Shown here: in pieces, positions 52,154-61,150 of the stretch | How positions within the stretch are numbered: the first letter of the stretch is position 1 | Layout of the letters: the number at the start of each line of letters is the position of its first letter | Source: Candidatus Limnocylindria bacterium | GTDB taxonomy: Bacteria > Chloroflexota > Limnocylindria > P2-11E | NCBI GenBank assembly: GCA_036394215.1 | Contig: DASWFN010000086.1 | Location: 1-62,054, forward strand | Reading direction: 5' to 3' | DNA: 62,054 bases | Translations under genes and position numbers: made by a program | Notes under the pieces: model-generated | The model's database searches: none | Seen by the model: the letters and a program-made list of their open reading frames with translations, nothing else | Told to the model about the DNA's origin: nothing

Positions 52154-53134
52154 CTATGGGACGGTCAGGGCCTCGCATACCGCCGTCTGGCTGCCGCCAG
52201 GGGTCGGACCGCCGGTGAGCACGAACACAGTCTGGCCGACCGCCGCGACGCCGATGCCGTGCCGCGGCGTCGGCAGGTCCGGCCCGCGCGACCACGATCC
52301 CGACGCGGCGTCGTAGATCTCGACCTCCTTGAACGTGCCGCTGGGCTGCTCGCCGCCGATGAAGAAGAGCTTCCTGCCGACGACGGCCGCCCCGACCCCG
52401 CCGCGCGCCGTCGGCGCGTCGGCGAGCTTTTCCCATCGGTCGTCCTGCGTCACGTAGCACTCCAAGGTGGGAAGGTTCTGATCGAGCGACAGGCGACGGC
52501 CGCCGACCGCACAGACCTTCGCGTCGAGCTCCGCCGCCGCGAGATGGTCGCGTGGCGTCGGGATCGCCGCGCCCATCGTCCAGCCGCCGCCCTCCGAGTG
52601 GAAGATGTACGTCGGCGCGACGAGCCGCGCGCCATCCCAGCCACCCACGACGTAGATGTCGGAGCCGCGCGCCACCGCGGCCGCCTGCGAGCGCGGTCCG
52701 GGCATCCTTGGGAGCTCGGTCCAGCGATCGAGGATGAGGTCGTAGCGGAAGGCACGGTCCGTCGGCCGGCCGTTGACGTTCCCGCCGATCACGAAGAGCG
52801 ATCGGCTCACGGTCTCGGCGACCATCGCGTGATCGACGGCGATGGGCAGCGTCGTGACGCGCTCCCACTTCGCCGCGACCGGGTCGTAGCGCTCCACCAC
52901 GTCCGGACCGCCGAGGCCGCCGACGACGTAGATGCCCAGCCGGCTCGCGACCGCGCCGACCTCGCTGCGCGGCGTGGGAATGTCCGCGATCCTTCGCCAT
53001 CCGGGACCCGGCGACGCGCTCGCCGCCCGCGTCACGGCGTCCGCCGTCGGCGCCGCCGTGGTGCGCGGTGGCGCCGGGGTCGTCGCGGTGCACGCGACCG
53101 CGACGCAGGCCGCGAGCGCCAACCCGCGTATCAC
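52154..53134 (-). CDS. Kelch-repeat beta-propeller lipoprotein (326 aa)
   Basis: Lipobox VAVACTA. Six blades marked by YVVGG / FVIGG / YVVGG / CAVGG / FFIGG / FVLTGG with ...W... spacing. GTG 53134 overlaps the permease stop (GTGA). Confidence 0.75.
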   Translation of the reverse strand: MIRGLALAACVAVACTATTPAPPRTTAAPTADAVTRAASASPGPGWRRIADIPTPRSEVGAVASRLGIYVVGGLGGPDVVERYDPVAAKWERVTTLPIAVDHAMVAETVSRSLFVIGGNVNGRPTDRAFRYDLILDRWTELPRMPGPRSQAAAVARGSDIYVVGGWDGARLVAPTYIFHSEGGGWTMGAAIPTPRDHLAAAELDAKVCAVGGRRLSLDQNLPTLECYVTQDDRWEKLADAPTARGGVGAAVVGRKLFFIGGEQPSGTFKEVEIYDAASGSWSRGPDLPTPRHGIGVAAVGQTVFVLTGGPTPGGSQTAVCEALTVP

Positions 53135-54003
53135 GCGTTCCTCGATCGCAGGTCGAGGAGCAGGCTGGTCAACGAGAAGAAGGCGGCGAGGAGCAGGAGG
53201 CTCGCGGTGATCGCGACCGGATCCCGCACCGCGATGGCCTGCAGCGCGAGGTAGCCGACGCCGTTCCAGCCGAGCATGAACTCGATGATCGGCAGGCTCG
53301 CCACGGCGATCCGCAGGCCGCTGCCGACGGCCTCGAGGACGACCGGCACGACGTGCGGCAACACGTGCACGCGGATGATCCAGCTGGAGAACAGTCCCTT
53401 CGCGCGTGCGGTGGTCACGAAGTCCGCATCGAGGACATCCGAGGTGCGCGCGGCCGTGATCTGCGCCGCGATCGCGATCGCCGGCAGGCCCAGGGTGAGG
53501 AGCGGCAGGACGAGATGCCCATCCAGCCCGAAGCCGAACACCGGGAGGACGGTGTGCCCGGCGATGCCGGCGAGGATGATGATCAGGATCTGCAGGAAGT
53601 AGGCGAGGAAGAACGACGGGATCGCTGCGATGACGCTCGTCGATCCGAGGATCGCGCCGCTCGCGATCGGGCGGTACCGCAGGATCGCCGCGCTGAGGCC
53701 GAGCAGCAGGCCGAAGGCGAACGCGAAGACCGCGACGCCGACGAGGAGGATGGCGCTCCGCAGCGTCGCGTCGATCACGACCTGCGCGATCGGCAGGGCG
53801 TACACGTCCGAGATCGACTTCGCGCACGGATCGACCCCGGGCACGGACCCTCCCGGGCGCGGGATGCAGCCGAGGCCGGCTCCCCGCGACAGCGCGAAGG
53901 CAGGGTATTGCTGGACCGCGGCGGGGATGACCGCGGTGAAGACGGCCGCCAGCGCGAGCAGCGTCAGCGGGACCCGCACGACGCGCAGCACGACCGCACT
54001 CAC
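53131..54003 (-). CDS. ABC transporter permease, DppB/OppB type (290 aa)
   Basis: EAA loop TARAKGLFSSWIIRVHVLPHVVP and 6 helices. GTG 54003 overlaps the upstream stop (GTGA). Confidence 0.8.
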   Translation of the reverse strand: MSAVVLRVVRVPLTLLALAAVFTAVIPAAVQQYPAFALSRGAGLGCIPRPGGSVPGVDPCAKSISDVYALPIAQVVIDATLRSAILLVGVAVFAFAFGLLLGLSAAILRYRPIASGAILGSTSVIAAIPSFFLAYFLQILIIILAGIAGHTVLPVFGFGLDGHLVLPLLTLGLPAIAIAAQITAARTSDVLDADFVTTARAKGLFSSWIIRVHVLPHVVPVVLEAVGSGLRIAVASLPIIEFMLGWNGVGYLALQAIAVRDPVAITASLLLLAAFFSLTSLLLDLRSRNA

Positions 54004-56306
54004 TGGTGGAGCTCCGGGCTGCCCATGTCGTAGCGCGCCATGACGTACCCGAGCAGCGCGGCCCCGTCAGGACGGAGATCCGTGTCCGGCGAAGCGCGGC
54101 CGGTGCCCGCGACGAAGACGTACCGGTACCGGCCCATCGCGGCAAGACCCGTCGCCCAGCTCGGCTCGTCTTCCGCCAGCGTGCGCGCGTGCGCGATCCC
54201 GGCGTGGTCGGCGTAGCGATCGAACGGGAAGAAGAGGTCGCCATAGATCGAGCTGAATTTCAGGAGCTGCCCGTTGAGCGAATCGACGAGCACGATGACG
54301 TCGACCGTGCCGCCGATCCTCCCGATGAGCTCCTTGGCGTTCGCGGCGGTGTCCCCGCGCGGATCGAAGAAGACCAGGGCCAGGCCAGGCACCGGCCTGC
54401 CGCGCAGCGAACGGACGGCGGCGGCCAGCGCGTCGGCCGCGCCACGCGCGCCGTCGATCGCCGAGGGCGCGATCGCCCAGAGCACCATGCGATGACCATC
54501 CGGGCGCGCCGGCGTCAGCGCGAGCAGGTTGTGCGACGTCTCGGTGACCGCTGCCACGGGCACGCTGACCGTCGCGGCACCAGGGAGCGCGACCGCCATC
54601 GACACGCCGTTCGAATAGTCGCGCGAGAAGTCGCGGTTGGTCGCCCGGAGGACGTCCGTCGCGCGCAGCCCCGCGGGCTCGAGGATCCGGTCCGCCGCCT
54701 CGGGCGTGATCACGACCGTCGGGATCCCCGATGCGGACGTGATCGGATCCTCGATCGCCATCCGCTTGTACGTACCGACGCCGCCGGTGCCGAATGTCGG
54801 CGTCCGGCTTTCGACCAGGATGACCGCGACCGCGCCGTGTTCGATCGCCTTCGCGATGATCTGATCCGGCGTGGGCGCGAAGATGAACCGCGTGCCGAGG
54901 CGGAGGGTCGCCAGGCGGAGGATGACCGCCACCTTTCCCCTGACATCGACCTTCCGGTAGTCGTCCTCCCAGGTGCTGACCTGCGATCCGAAATCGGGCG
55001 CCTGGATGGCCGAGAGGCGCGACGGCGGAAAGTCTTCCGGCGAGATGCCCCAGCCGGCGAAGACGAGCGGCGCGTCGACCGTGCCACCGCTGCTCTTCCC
55101 GGCGAGGACGGGAAACAGCGTCGGCCCCTCGCTCACTCGGAGCTGCCCTGCGGCACCGACGATGTCGAGGGTCGCGGGTCCGACCGTCTTGAGCAGGGAG
55201 GCCGTCCGATCCAGCGCCGTCGGTGTGAGCCCGCCATCGGCGAACGCCTGCGCGACGTCAGCGCCGACGACCGTTCGGGCGCGTGCGTCGGTGGCGGCGT
55301 CGCGTGCGGCGACGAACCGGTCCGGCAGCACGAACGATGGCGCGGCGACGAGCGCGAGGACGCCGCAGATCGCGACGACGCGCAGCGGCCGCAGGTCGGT
55401 GATCAGGTTGCGCCGCCGGTACTGCCTGGCGATACCGATGCCGAGCAGTGAGACCGCGAGGACGGCCAACGCGATCGCCACTCCGGGCACAAGCACGACC
55501 CACCGGGTGACGTAGAGATTCTCCAAGGAGCGGCCGGTCGAGAGCATCGCGCTCCATTCGGAGCTCTCCGACGCGAAGCCGCCGGCCCGCTCGCCCAGCC
55601 TGACGAGGCTCAGCGAGTTCACGAGGCTGATGGACCGTACCGGGCCGACGAAGACCCCGATGACCCCGAGCTCAGCGAGCGCCACGAGAGCCGCGGCGAT
55701 CTGCTGGCTCGCCGACAGCGCCAGGACGGGAACGAGGTGTGGCAGGTGATGCCGGAGCAGCAGCTCGCGCCGGCGGACGCCAAGGGAGCGCGCTCCTTCG
55801 GTGAAGAGGGCCGCCCGCAGCCGGGTGAGCTCCGCCCGGACGATCCGGTACGGCCCGGCCCATCCGGTGAGGAGCAGGGCGACGATGAACACGGCCGCCG
55901 GCGCTTCGAGCTTCGCGAAGACGAGAACGACGATCACGGCGACGATCGTCGAAGGGACCGCCGAGACGACGTCGGCCAGCGCATCGAGGGCCGCGCGCAC
56001 CGGCGCGGCCCACGAGACGGAAGCGAGGCCGGCCCCGACCGCAAGCCGGGCGATCCCGGCCAGCGCGACGATCGTGAGGGTCGTCTTTGCGCCATACAGG
56101 ATGACGCTGAGCAGGTCTCGCCCCGCCGGATCGGAGCCGAAGACGAACGGGTCGCCGGGCGGGAGGGGATACGGCGCGCGATCAGGGACGTTGAGGACGC
56201 TGAACGAGGGCTCGAAGGGCGCGATCCGGTCGCCGTACAGGGCGATGAGCAAGAGGAGTCCGCAGAGGATCAGCCCGGCAAGCAGCCACGGATCGAGGCG
56301 CCGCAT
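54000..56306 (-). CDS. DppC/OppC-type ABC permease fused to an extra TM helix and a ~440-aa extracytoplasmic PA/M28-like domain (768 aa)
   Basis: The N-terminal ~300 aa form a permease core with EAA loop EGARSLGVRRRELLLRHHLPHLVP. Then come RQYRRRN, the TM helix VVAICGVLALVAAPSFVL and a PA-domain signature VRGKVAVILR...IAKAIEHGAVAVILVES. The distal part resembles M28 peptidases but lacks recognisable His/Asp/Glu-Glu metal motifs. Confidence 0.75.
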   Translation of the reverse strand: MRRLDPWLLAGLILCGLLLLIALYGDRIAPFEPSFSVLNVPDRAPYPLPPGDPFVFGSDPAGRDLLSVILYGAKTTLTIVALAGIARLAVGAGLASVSWAAPVRAALDALADVVSAVPSTIVAVIVVLVFAKLEAPAAVFIVALLLTGWAGPYRIVRAELTRLRAALFTEGARSLGVRRRELLLRHHLPHLVPVLALSASQQIAAALVALAELGVIGVFVGPVRSISLVNSLSLVRLGERAGGFASESSEWSAMLSTGRSLENLYVTRWVVLVPGVAIALAVLAVSLLGIGIARQYRRRNLITDLRPLRVVAICGVLALVAAPSFVLPDRFVAARDAATDARARTVVGADVAQAFADGGLTPTALDRTASLLKTVGPATLDIVGAAGQLRVSEGPTLFPVLAGKSSGGTVDAPLVFAGWGISPEDFPPSRLSAIQAPDFGSQVSTWEDDYRKVDVRGKVAVILRLATLRLGTRFIFAPTPDQIIAKAIEHGAVAVILVESRTPTFGTGGVGTYKRMAIEDPITSASGIPTVVITPEAADRILEPAGLRATDVLRATNRDFSRDYSNGVSMAVALPGAATVSVPVAAVTETSHNLLALTPARPDGHRMVLWAIAPSAIDGARGAADALAAAVRSLRGRPVPGLALVFFDPRGDTAANAKELIGRIGGTVDVIVLVDSLNGQLLKFSSIYGDLFFPFDRYADHAGIAHARTLAEDEPSWATGLAAMGRYRYVFVAGTGRASPDTDLRPDGAALLGYVMARYDMGSPELHQ

Positions 56307-56407
56307 CGTCCGAACGTACAGCGGTGCGGCTCCGCCGGTTCATGGCTAGACTTACGGCCAACGGAGGGGAGTCCCATCCAAGCGCATCCTCGGGAGGATT
56401 TGACCGT

Positions 56408-56620
56408 ATGAAGTCCGGTGGTTTCCCGTGCCGCTTCGCCGGCTGCGACGTTCGCTTCCAGGTCCTGGACCAGAGCTCGATGCAATCGCTCCTCGCGGCC
56501 AGTGAGCAGCGCACCACACACGAAGTCACGACGCACAGCTACCACCACGTGAAGATCGAGGACACACCCCCGAACTACGCGAAGGGACCGCTCAAGGTCC
56601 GGCGCGCCGACTACATCTAG
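56408..56620 (+). CDS. Small Cys2/His-rich protein (70 aa), function unknown
   Basis: MKSGGFPCRFAGCDVRFQVLDQSSMQSLLAASEQRTTHEVTTHSYHHVKIEDTPPNYAKGPLKVRRADYI. ATG lies 9 nt after GGGAGGA. G/C third-position bias begins exactly at this ATG; the upstream part of track ORF 56324 has A/T-ending codons. Confidence 0.5.
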   Translation: MKSGGFPCRFAGCDVRFQVLDQSSMQSLLAASEQRTTHEVTTHSYHHVKIEDTPPNYAKGPLKVRRADYI

Positions 56621-56628
56621 CGAACGAG

Positions 56629-57492
56629 CTGCGCCGCGACGGCGCCGTCACCCGGATCGATCCCGCGGCAGGCGGTCGCATCGCTTCACTCTTCATCGGC
56701 GGCGTCGAGCGGATCCTGCCGAGGCCATCCGCCGATGCACGCCCGACAGCGTGGGGCTGCTTCCCGATGGTCCCCTGGCCGGGGCGGCTCGCCGACGGCC
56801 GGATACCGACCCCCGGCGGCGAGGTCCGGATCGGCGCGAATCACGGACCGTCCGCGATCCACGGCCTGGGGTTCGACACGGCCTGGACGGTCCTCGATGA
56901 GAGCGACACCGAGGTGACCCTGTCCTGCGAGCTGCGGGGACGCGGGTGGCCGTTCGGCGGCGTGGCTCGGCAGACGGTGCGGTTGGGATCGGCAAGCCTC
57001 GACCTCGAGCTCGAGGTCGGTGACTACACGCGGATCGGCCCGGCTGGACTTGGCTGGCATCCCTGGTTCACGCGCCCAAGGACCGGTGACCTGGAGATCA
57101 CCCTCGATGCGCATCGCGTCCTCGTCCTGGATGCGGACAAGATCCCGACCGGTGAGGTCCGCGAGGTGACCGCGATCGAGGATCTGCGGGCCGGACCGCC
57201 GCTCGGGGATCGCCGCCTCGATCACGTGTACGTCGACACGACCGGTCCGGCGATCGTGCGCTGGCCGGATCTGGAGCTTCGCATCGACTACGACCGGACG
57301 CTCAGCACGGTCGTCGTGCACACCCCCGTCACGGGGGTCTGCGTGGAGCCGCAGACGATGTGGCCGAACGCGCCGCTGCTCGCGGCGCGCGGGGTGCCGG
57401 ACACGGGGCTTCGGACGCTCGCGCCCGGCGAGCGACTGCGCGCCCGTCACCGATGGAGCTGGCGTAGCCTCGCGGCGGGAGGATCGGAATGA
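56629..57492 (+). CDS. Aldose 1-epimerase (galactose mutarotase-like) family protein; start uncertain
   Basis: Family-like sequence begins well upstream of the track start (56767): ...[30 protein letters not shown]...[15 protein letters not shown]...HGLGFD...GWHPWF...VCVEPQT. The only start-like codon in that stretch is CTG 56629. The stop overlaps the xylA ATG (ATGA). Confidence 0.65.
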   Translation: MRRDGAVTRIDPAAGGRIASLFIGGVERILPRPSADARPTAWGCFPMVPWPGRLADGRIPTPGGEVRIGANHGPSAIHGLGFDTAWTVLDESDTEVTLSCELRGRGWPFGGVARQTVRLGSASLDLELEVGDYTRIGPAGLGWHPWFTRPRTGDLEITLDAHRVLVLDADKIPTGEVREVTAIEDLRAGPPLGDRRLDHVYVDTTGPAIVRWPDLELRIDYDRTLSTVVVHTPVTGVCVEPQTMWPNAPLLAARGVPDTGLRTLAPGERLRARHRWSWRSLAAGGSE

Positions 57493-58856
57493 GCGACAGC
57501 TTCTTCGCCGACGTACCCGGGCGGATCCCATACGGCGGCCCCGACTCGACCGACCCGCTCGCCTACGCGGTCTATCAGCCCGATCGCCTGGTCCAGGGCA
57601 AGCGGATGGCGGACCACTTGCGGATCGCCGTCTGCCTTTGGCACTCCTTCAATTGGCCCGGCTCGGACGTCTTCGGTGTGGGGACCTTCGATCGGCCGTG
57701 GCTCGCCGCAGGTGCCGATCCGGAGAAGGCCGCGCAGGCGAAGCTCGATGCGGCATTCGAGTTCATCGAGAAGCTCGGTGTCCCGTTCTTCGCCTTCCAC
57801 GATCGGGACGTCGCGGCCGAAGGCAGCACCTACGCCGAAACCCGCGCCAACCTTGATGCCAGCGTCGGCCGCATCGAGCAGCACATGGCCCGGACCGGCG
57901 CGCGGCTGCTCTGGGGCACCGCGAACCTGTTCGGTCACCCCCGCTACGCGGCGGGCGCGGCGACGAACCCCGACCCCGAGGTGTTCGCGTACGCGGCGGC
58001 GCAGGTCAAGACCATGCTCGACGTCACCCATCGGCTCGGCGGAGCTAACTACGTGCTCTGGGGTGGGCGCGAGGGCTACGAGACCCTGCTCAATACCGAC
58101 CTCAAGAAAGAGGAAGACCAGCTCGCCCGCTTCCTGGCACTCGTCGCGGAGTACAAGGAACGGATCGGATTCAAGGGGACGCTCCTGATCGAGCCGAAGC
58201 CGCAGGAGCCCACGAAGCACCAGTACGACTACGACGCCGCGACGGTCGTCGGATTCCTGCAACGGCACGGCCTCGCGGGCCAATACCGCTTGAACCTCGA
58301 GGCCAACCACGCGACGCTGGCGGGGCACAGCTTCCAACACGAGGTCGCGACCGCGATCGCGCTCGGTGCGTTCGGCAGCATCGACGCCAACCGCGGCGAC
58401 TACCAGAACGGCTGGGACACCGACCAATTCCCGAATTCCGTCGACGAGCTCGCGCTCGCTCTGCACGAGATCCTGGAGAACGGCGGATTCACGACCGGTG
58501 GCTTCAATTTCGACGCGAAGCTGCGGCGTCAGAGCGTGAGCCGCGCCGACCTCTTCCACGCGCACATCGCCGGCATCGACACGCTCGCCAGGGCGCTCCT
58601 CGCGGCGGCCGACATGGTCGAGCACGGGACGCTCACGGCACCGCGGGCGGAGCGCTACCAGGGCTGGTCCGGCGAGCTCGGGTCCACGATCCTCGCCGGC
58701 TCACTCTCGCTCGCCGATCTCGAGAGCAGGGTCGCCGGCGGCAAGATCGACCCACGACCGCGATCCGGCCGGCAGGAGCTGCTCGAGGGTCTGGTCAACC
58801 GTCGCGTCTGGGCCGTCGATAACGCCGGCGAGCCCAAGAAGAAGGGGGCCGGCTAG
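57489..58856 (+). CDS. xylA: Xylose isomerase, long (class II) form, 455 aa
   Basis: FAFHDRD...WGTANLF...[10 protein letters not shown]...[16 protein letters not shown]...[13 protein letters not shown]...DANRGD...GWDTDQFP are canonical XylA motifs. Confidence 0.9.
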   Translation: MSDSFFADVPGRIPYGGPDSTDPLAYAVYQPDRLVQGKRMADHLRIAVCLWHSFNWPGSDVFGVGTFDRPWLAAGADPEKAAQAKLDAAFEFIEKLGVPFFAFHDRDVAAEGSTYAETRANLDASVGRIEQHMARTGARLLWGTANLFGHPRYAAGAATNPDPEVFAYAAAQVKTMLDVTHRLGGANYVLWGGREGYETLLNTDLKKEEDQLARFLALVAEYKERIGFKGTLLIEPKPQEPTKHQYDYDAATVVGFLQRHGLAGQYRLNLEANHATLAGHSFQHEVATAIALGAFGSIDANRGDYQNGWDTDQFPNSVDELALALHEILENGGFTTGGFNFDAKLRRQSVSRADLFHAHIAGIDTLARALLAAADMVEHGTLTAPRAERYQGWSGELGSTILAGSLSLADLESRVAGGKIDPRPRSGRQELLEGLVNRRVWAVDNAGEPKKKGAG

Positions 58857-59671
58857 CCCGACCGGCGCAGCTCGGCCAGCTCTTGGCTCGTGAGCTTCGT
58901 GGGCGGCTTGCCCAGGATGATCATGCCGAGCACCTCGTCGGTCGTGACCTCTTCCTTCTTCACCGTGCCGACGAGCTTGCCGTGGTACATCACGCTGATC
59001 CGCTCGGAGAGATCAAACACGTCGTGGATGTCGTGGCTGACGAGGAAGATCCCGATCCCGTCGCGCTTGAGCTGCTCGATCAGCGCATGCACCTGCGCGG
59101 TCTCGGCCGGTCCGAGTGCCGCAGTCGGCTCGTCCATGATCAGCACGCGCGCGTTGAACTGGATCGCGCGCGCGATCGCCACCGCCTGCCGCTGTCCGCC
59201 TGAGAGCCGCAACACCGGCATCTTGAAGTTCTTGAAATTCGGGTTGAGCCGTTTGATGACCGTTCGGGTGGCGGATTCCATGGCGGCGTCGTTGAGCACG
59301 GCGGACGACGTGAGCTCCCGGCCCAGGAACACGTTCGCCGGTGCGTCGAGGTTGTCCGCCAGCGCGAGACTCTGGTAGATGGTCTCGATGCCGAGCCCCT
59401 TGGCGTCACGCGGGTTCGCGATGACGACCGGTTGGCCACTCACGCGGATCTGACCTGCGTCGGGCGGGCGCGCCCCGGACAACGAGCGCATCAGCGTCGA
59501 CTTCCCGGCCCCGTTCCCGCCGACCAGGCCGACGACCTCGCCGGGATAGAGATCGACCGACACGCCGTCGACGGCGCGCACGCCGCCGAACGAGACCTGG
59601 ATGTTCCGCATCTCGACGATGGGGACGCGCTGCAGGGCGACGGCCGGTGTCTCGATCGGCTGGCTCAACAT
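58853..59671 (-). CDS. xylG: Sugar (CUT2-type) ABC transporter ATP-binding protein, single NBD (272 aa)
   Basis: [26 protein letters not shown]. Located downstream of xylF/xylH. Confidence 0.8.
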   Translation of the reverse strand: MLSQPIETPAVALQRVPIVEMRNIQVSFGGVRAVDGVSVDLYPGEVVGLVGGNGAGKSTLMRSLSGARPPDAGQIRVSGQPVVIANPRDAKGLGIETIYQSLALADNLDAPANVFLGRELTSSAVLNDAAMESATRTVIKRLNPNFKNFKMPVLRLSGGQRQAVAIARAIQFNARVLIMDEPTAALGPAETAQVHALIEQLKRDGIGIFLVSHDIHDVFDLSERISVMYHGKLVGTVKKEEVTTDEVLGMIILGKPPTKLTSQELAELRRSG

Positions 59672-59681
59672 GTCGACCCGT

Positions 59682-61055
59682 TCATGTTGACCGCCGACGG
59701 ACGAATGAGTCGAGGCCGACCGCGGCGACGAGGACGATCCCGACGACGATGTCCTGAGTGGGCGAGTCGACGAGGAGGAGCACCATCCCCGATCGCAGTG
59801 ACTGCATGACCACGGCTCCGAGGATAGCCCCGGGGATGGTGCCGATGCCGCCGCTGAACGACGTGCCGCCGATGACCGCCGCGGAGATGACGTCGAGCTC
59901 GTTCTGAGTACCGAGGCTCGTGATCCCGGCGTTGAGGCGAGCGGTCTGGATCGCGGCGCTGATCGCGACGAGGGCGCCCATCAGCGAGAACGTCAGCATC
60001 ACGGTACGGCGGACGTTGATGCCGGCCAGCGCCGCAGCCTCCGGATTGCCACCGATGGCGTAGACGTACCGCCCGAAGCGCCGGCGGCTCGCGATGAACG
60101 TCATCACCAGCGTGACCCCGAGCATGATGACCACCGGGAACGCCAGCCCCGTCGGGATGATCGGCGGTCCATCTGACGGGATCGGGATCCCGTGCTCCTG
60201 GGCGTACTGGATGGCGACGTTGATCGGGAGCGGGTAGCTGTTCGCGACCCAGACCACGCCCAGCACGGCGGCGCAGCCGAGCAGACCGATGAGCGCCTCA
60301 GCCCACAGCGGGCGGAGCGGGAAGCCGTAGCGCTGCCGGCGGCGACGGGTCGTGATCAGCGTGAAGACGATCCCCACGCAGATGACCCCACCGAGGATCC
60401 AGCTCGGCCACTCGCCGAGCGCGCCGACGCGCGTCCCGACCGTGCCGCCCCCCAGCATCTGGAAGTTCGTGTCGAGCGGAGCGATCGTGACGCCCTGGGC
60501 ATAGCGGAAGATCAATCCACGCCACACCAAGAGTCCGCCGAGCGTCACGATGAACGATGGCACGCCCGCGTACGCGACGATGAAGCCTTGGAACCCGCCG
60601 AGCACGGCACCAAGCAGGATGCCGAACAGGATGGTGACGATCCACGTATACGGCTGCTCCAGGCCGAGACCAAGTGACTGAGGGATCCAGACCGTTTGCA
60701 ACATCGCCATCGAGTACCCGACGAAGCCGAGCATCGCTCCGACCGAGAGGTCGATCCCTCGGGACACGATGATGAGCACCATCCCGGTGGCCATGATCGC
60801 GATCGACGCGCTCTGGACGGACAAGTTCCAGAGATTCCGCGGGCTCAGGAATGTCCCATTCGAGACGATGCCGAAGCCGATCCAGATGATCGCGAGCACC
60901 AGGACCATACCGACGAGCCTGGTGTCGATCTCGAGATAGCTCAGCCCCGCCCGGACCGGCGCCAGGGCCGAGCCGATCGCATCGACGAGCGAGCGGATCG
61001 GGCCGGCAGGTCGGCCCTGGGTCGTGGCTCCGGTCGGTACCAGTGGTCCGGTCAA
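59682..61055 (-). CDS. xylH: Sugar ABC transporter permease (XylH-like)
   Basis: 457-aa polytopic ORF of the branched-chain/ribose-type permease fold ([12 protein letters not shown]...). TTG start at 61055 is uncertain. Confidence 0.8.
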   Translation of the reverse strand: MTGPLVPTGATTQGRPAGPIRSLVDAIGSALAPVRAGLSYLEIDTRLVGMVLVLAIIWIGFGIVSNGTFLSPRNLWNLSVQSASIAIMATGMVLIIVSRGIDLSVGAMLGFVGYSMAMLQTVWIPQSLGLGLEQPYTWIVTILFGILLGAVLGGFQGFIVAYAGVPSFIVTLGGLLVWRGLIFRYAQGVTIAPLDTNFQMLGGGTVGTRVGALGEWPSWILGGVICVGIVFTLITTRRRRQRYGFPLRPLWAEALIGLLGCAAVLGVVWVANSYPLPINVAIQYAQEHGIPIPSDGPPIIPTGLAFPVVIMLGVTLVMTFIASRRRFGRYVYAIGGNPEAAALAGINVRRTVMLTFSLMGALVAISAAIQTARLNAGITSLGTQNELDVISAAVIGGTSFSGGIGTIPGAILGAVVMQSLRSGMVLLLVDSPTQDIVVGIVLVAAVGLDSFVRRRST

Positions 61056-61094
61056 TGTCGTGCCTCGATCTCCGGCTCAGGACAAATTAGGGAA

Positions 61095-61125
61095 GCGCCC
61101 TGCCCTGAGCGACAGGGCAGGGCGC
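61095..61125 (-). terminator. Strong intercistronic hairpin after xylF (partial terminator/mRNA stabiliser)
   Basis: GCGCCCTGCCCTG-AGCGA-CAGGGCAGGGCGC, a perfect 13-bp stem. On the transcribed strand it is followed by TTCCCTAATTTG. Confidence 0.45.
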
Positions 61126-61150
61126 ATTTCCTACGCGAGGTGAGAACCGC

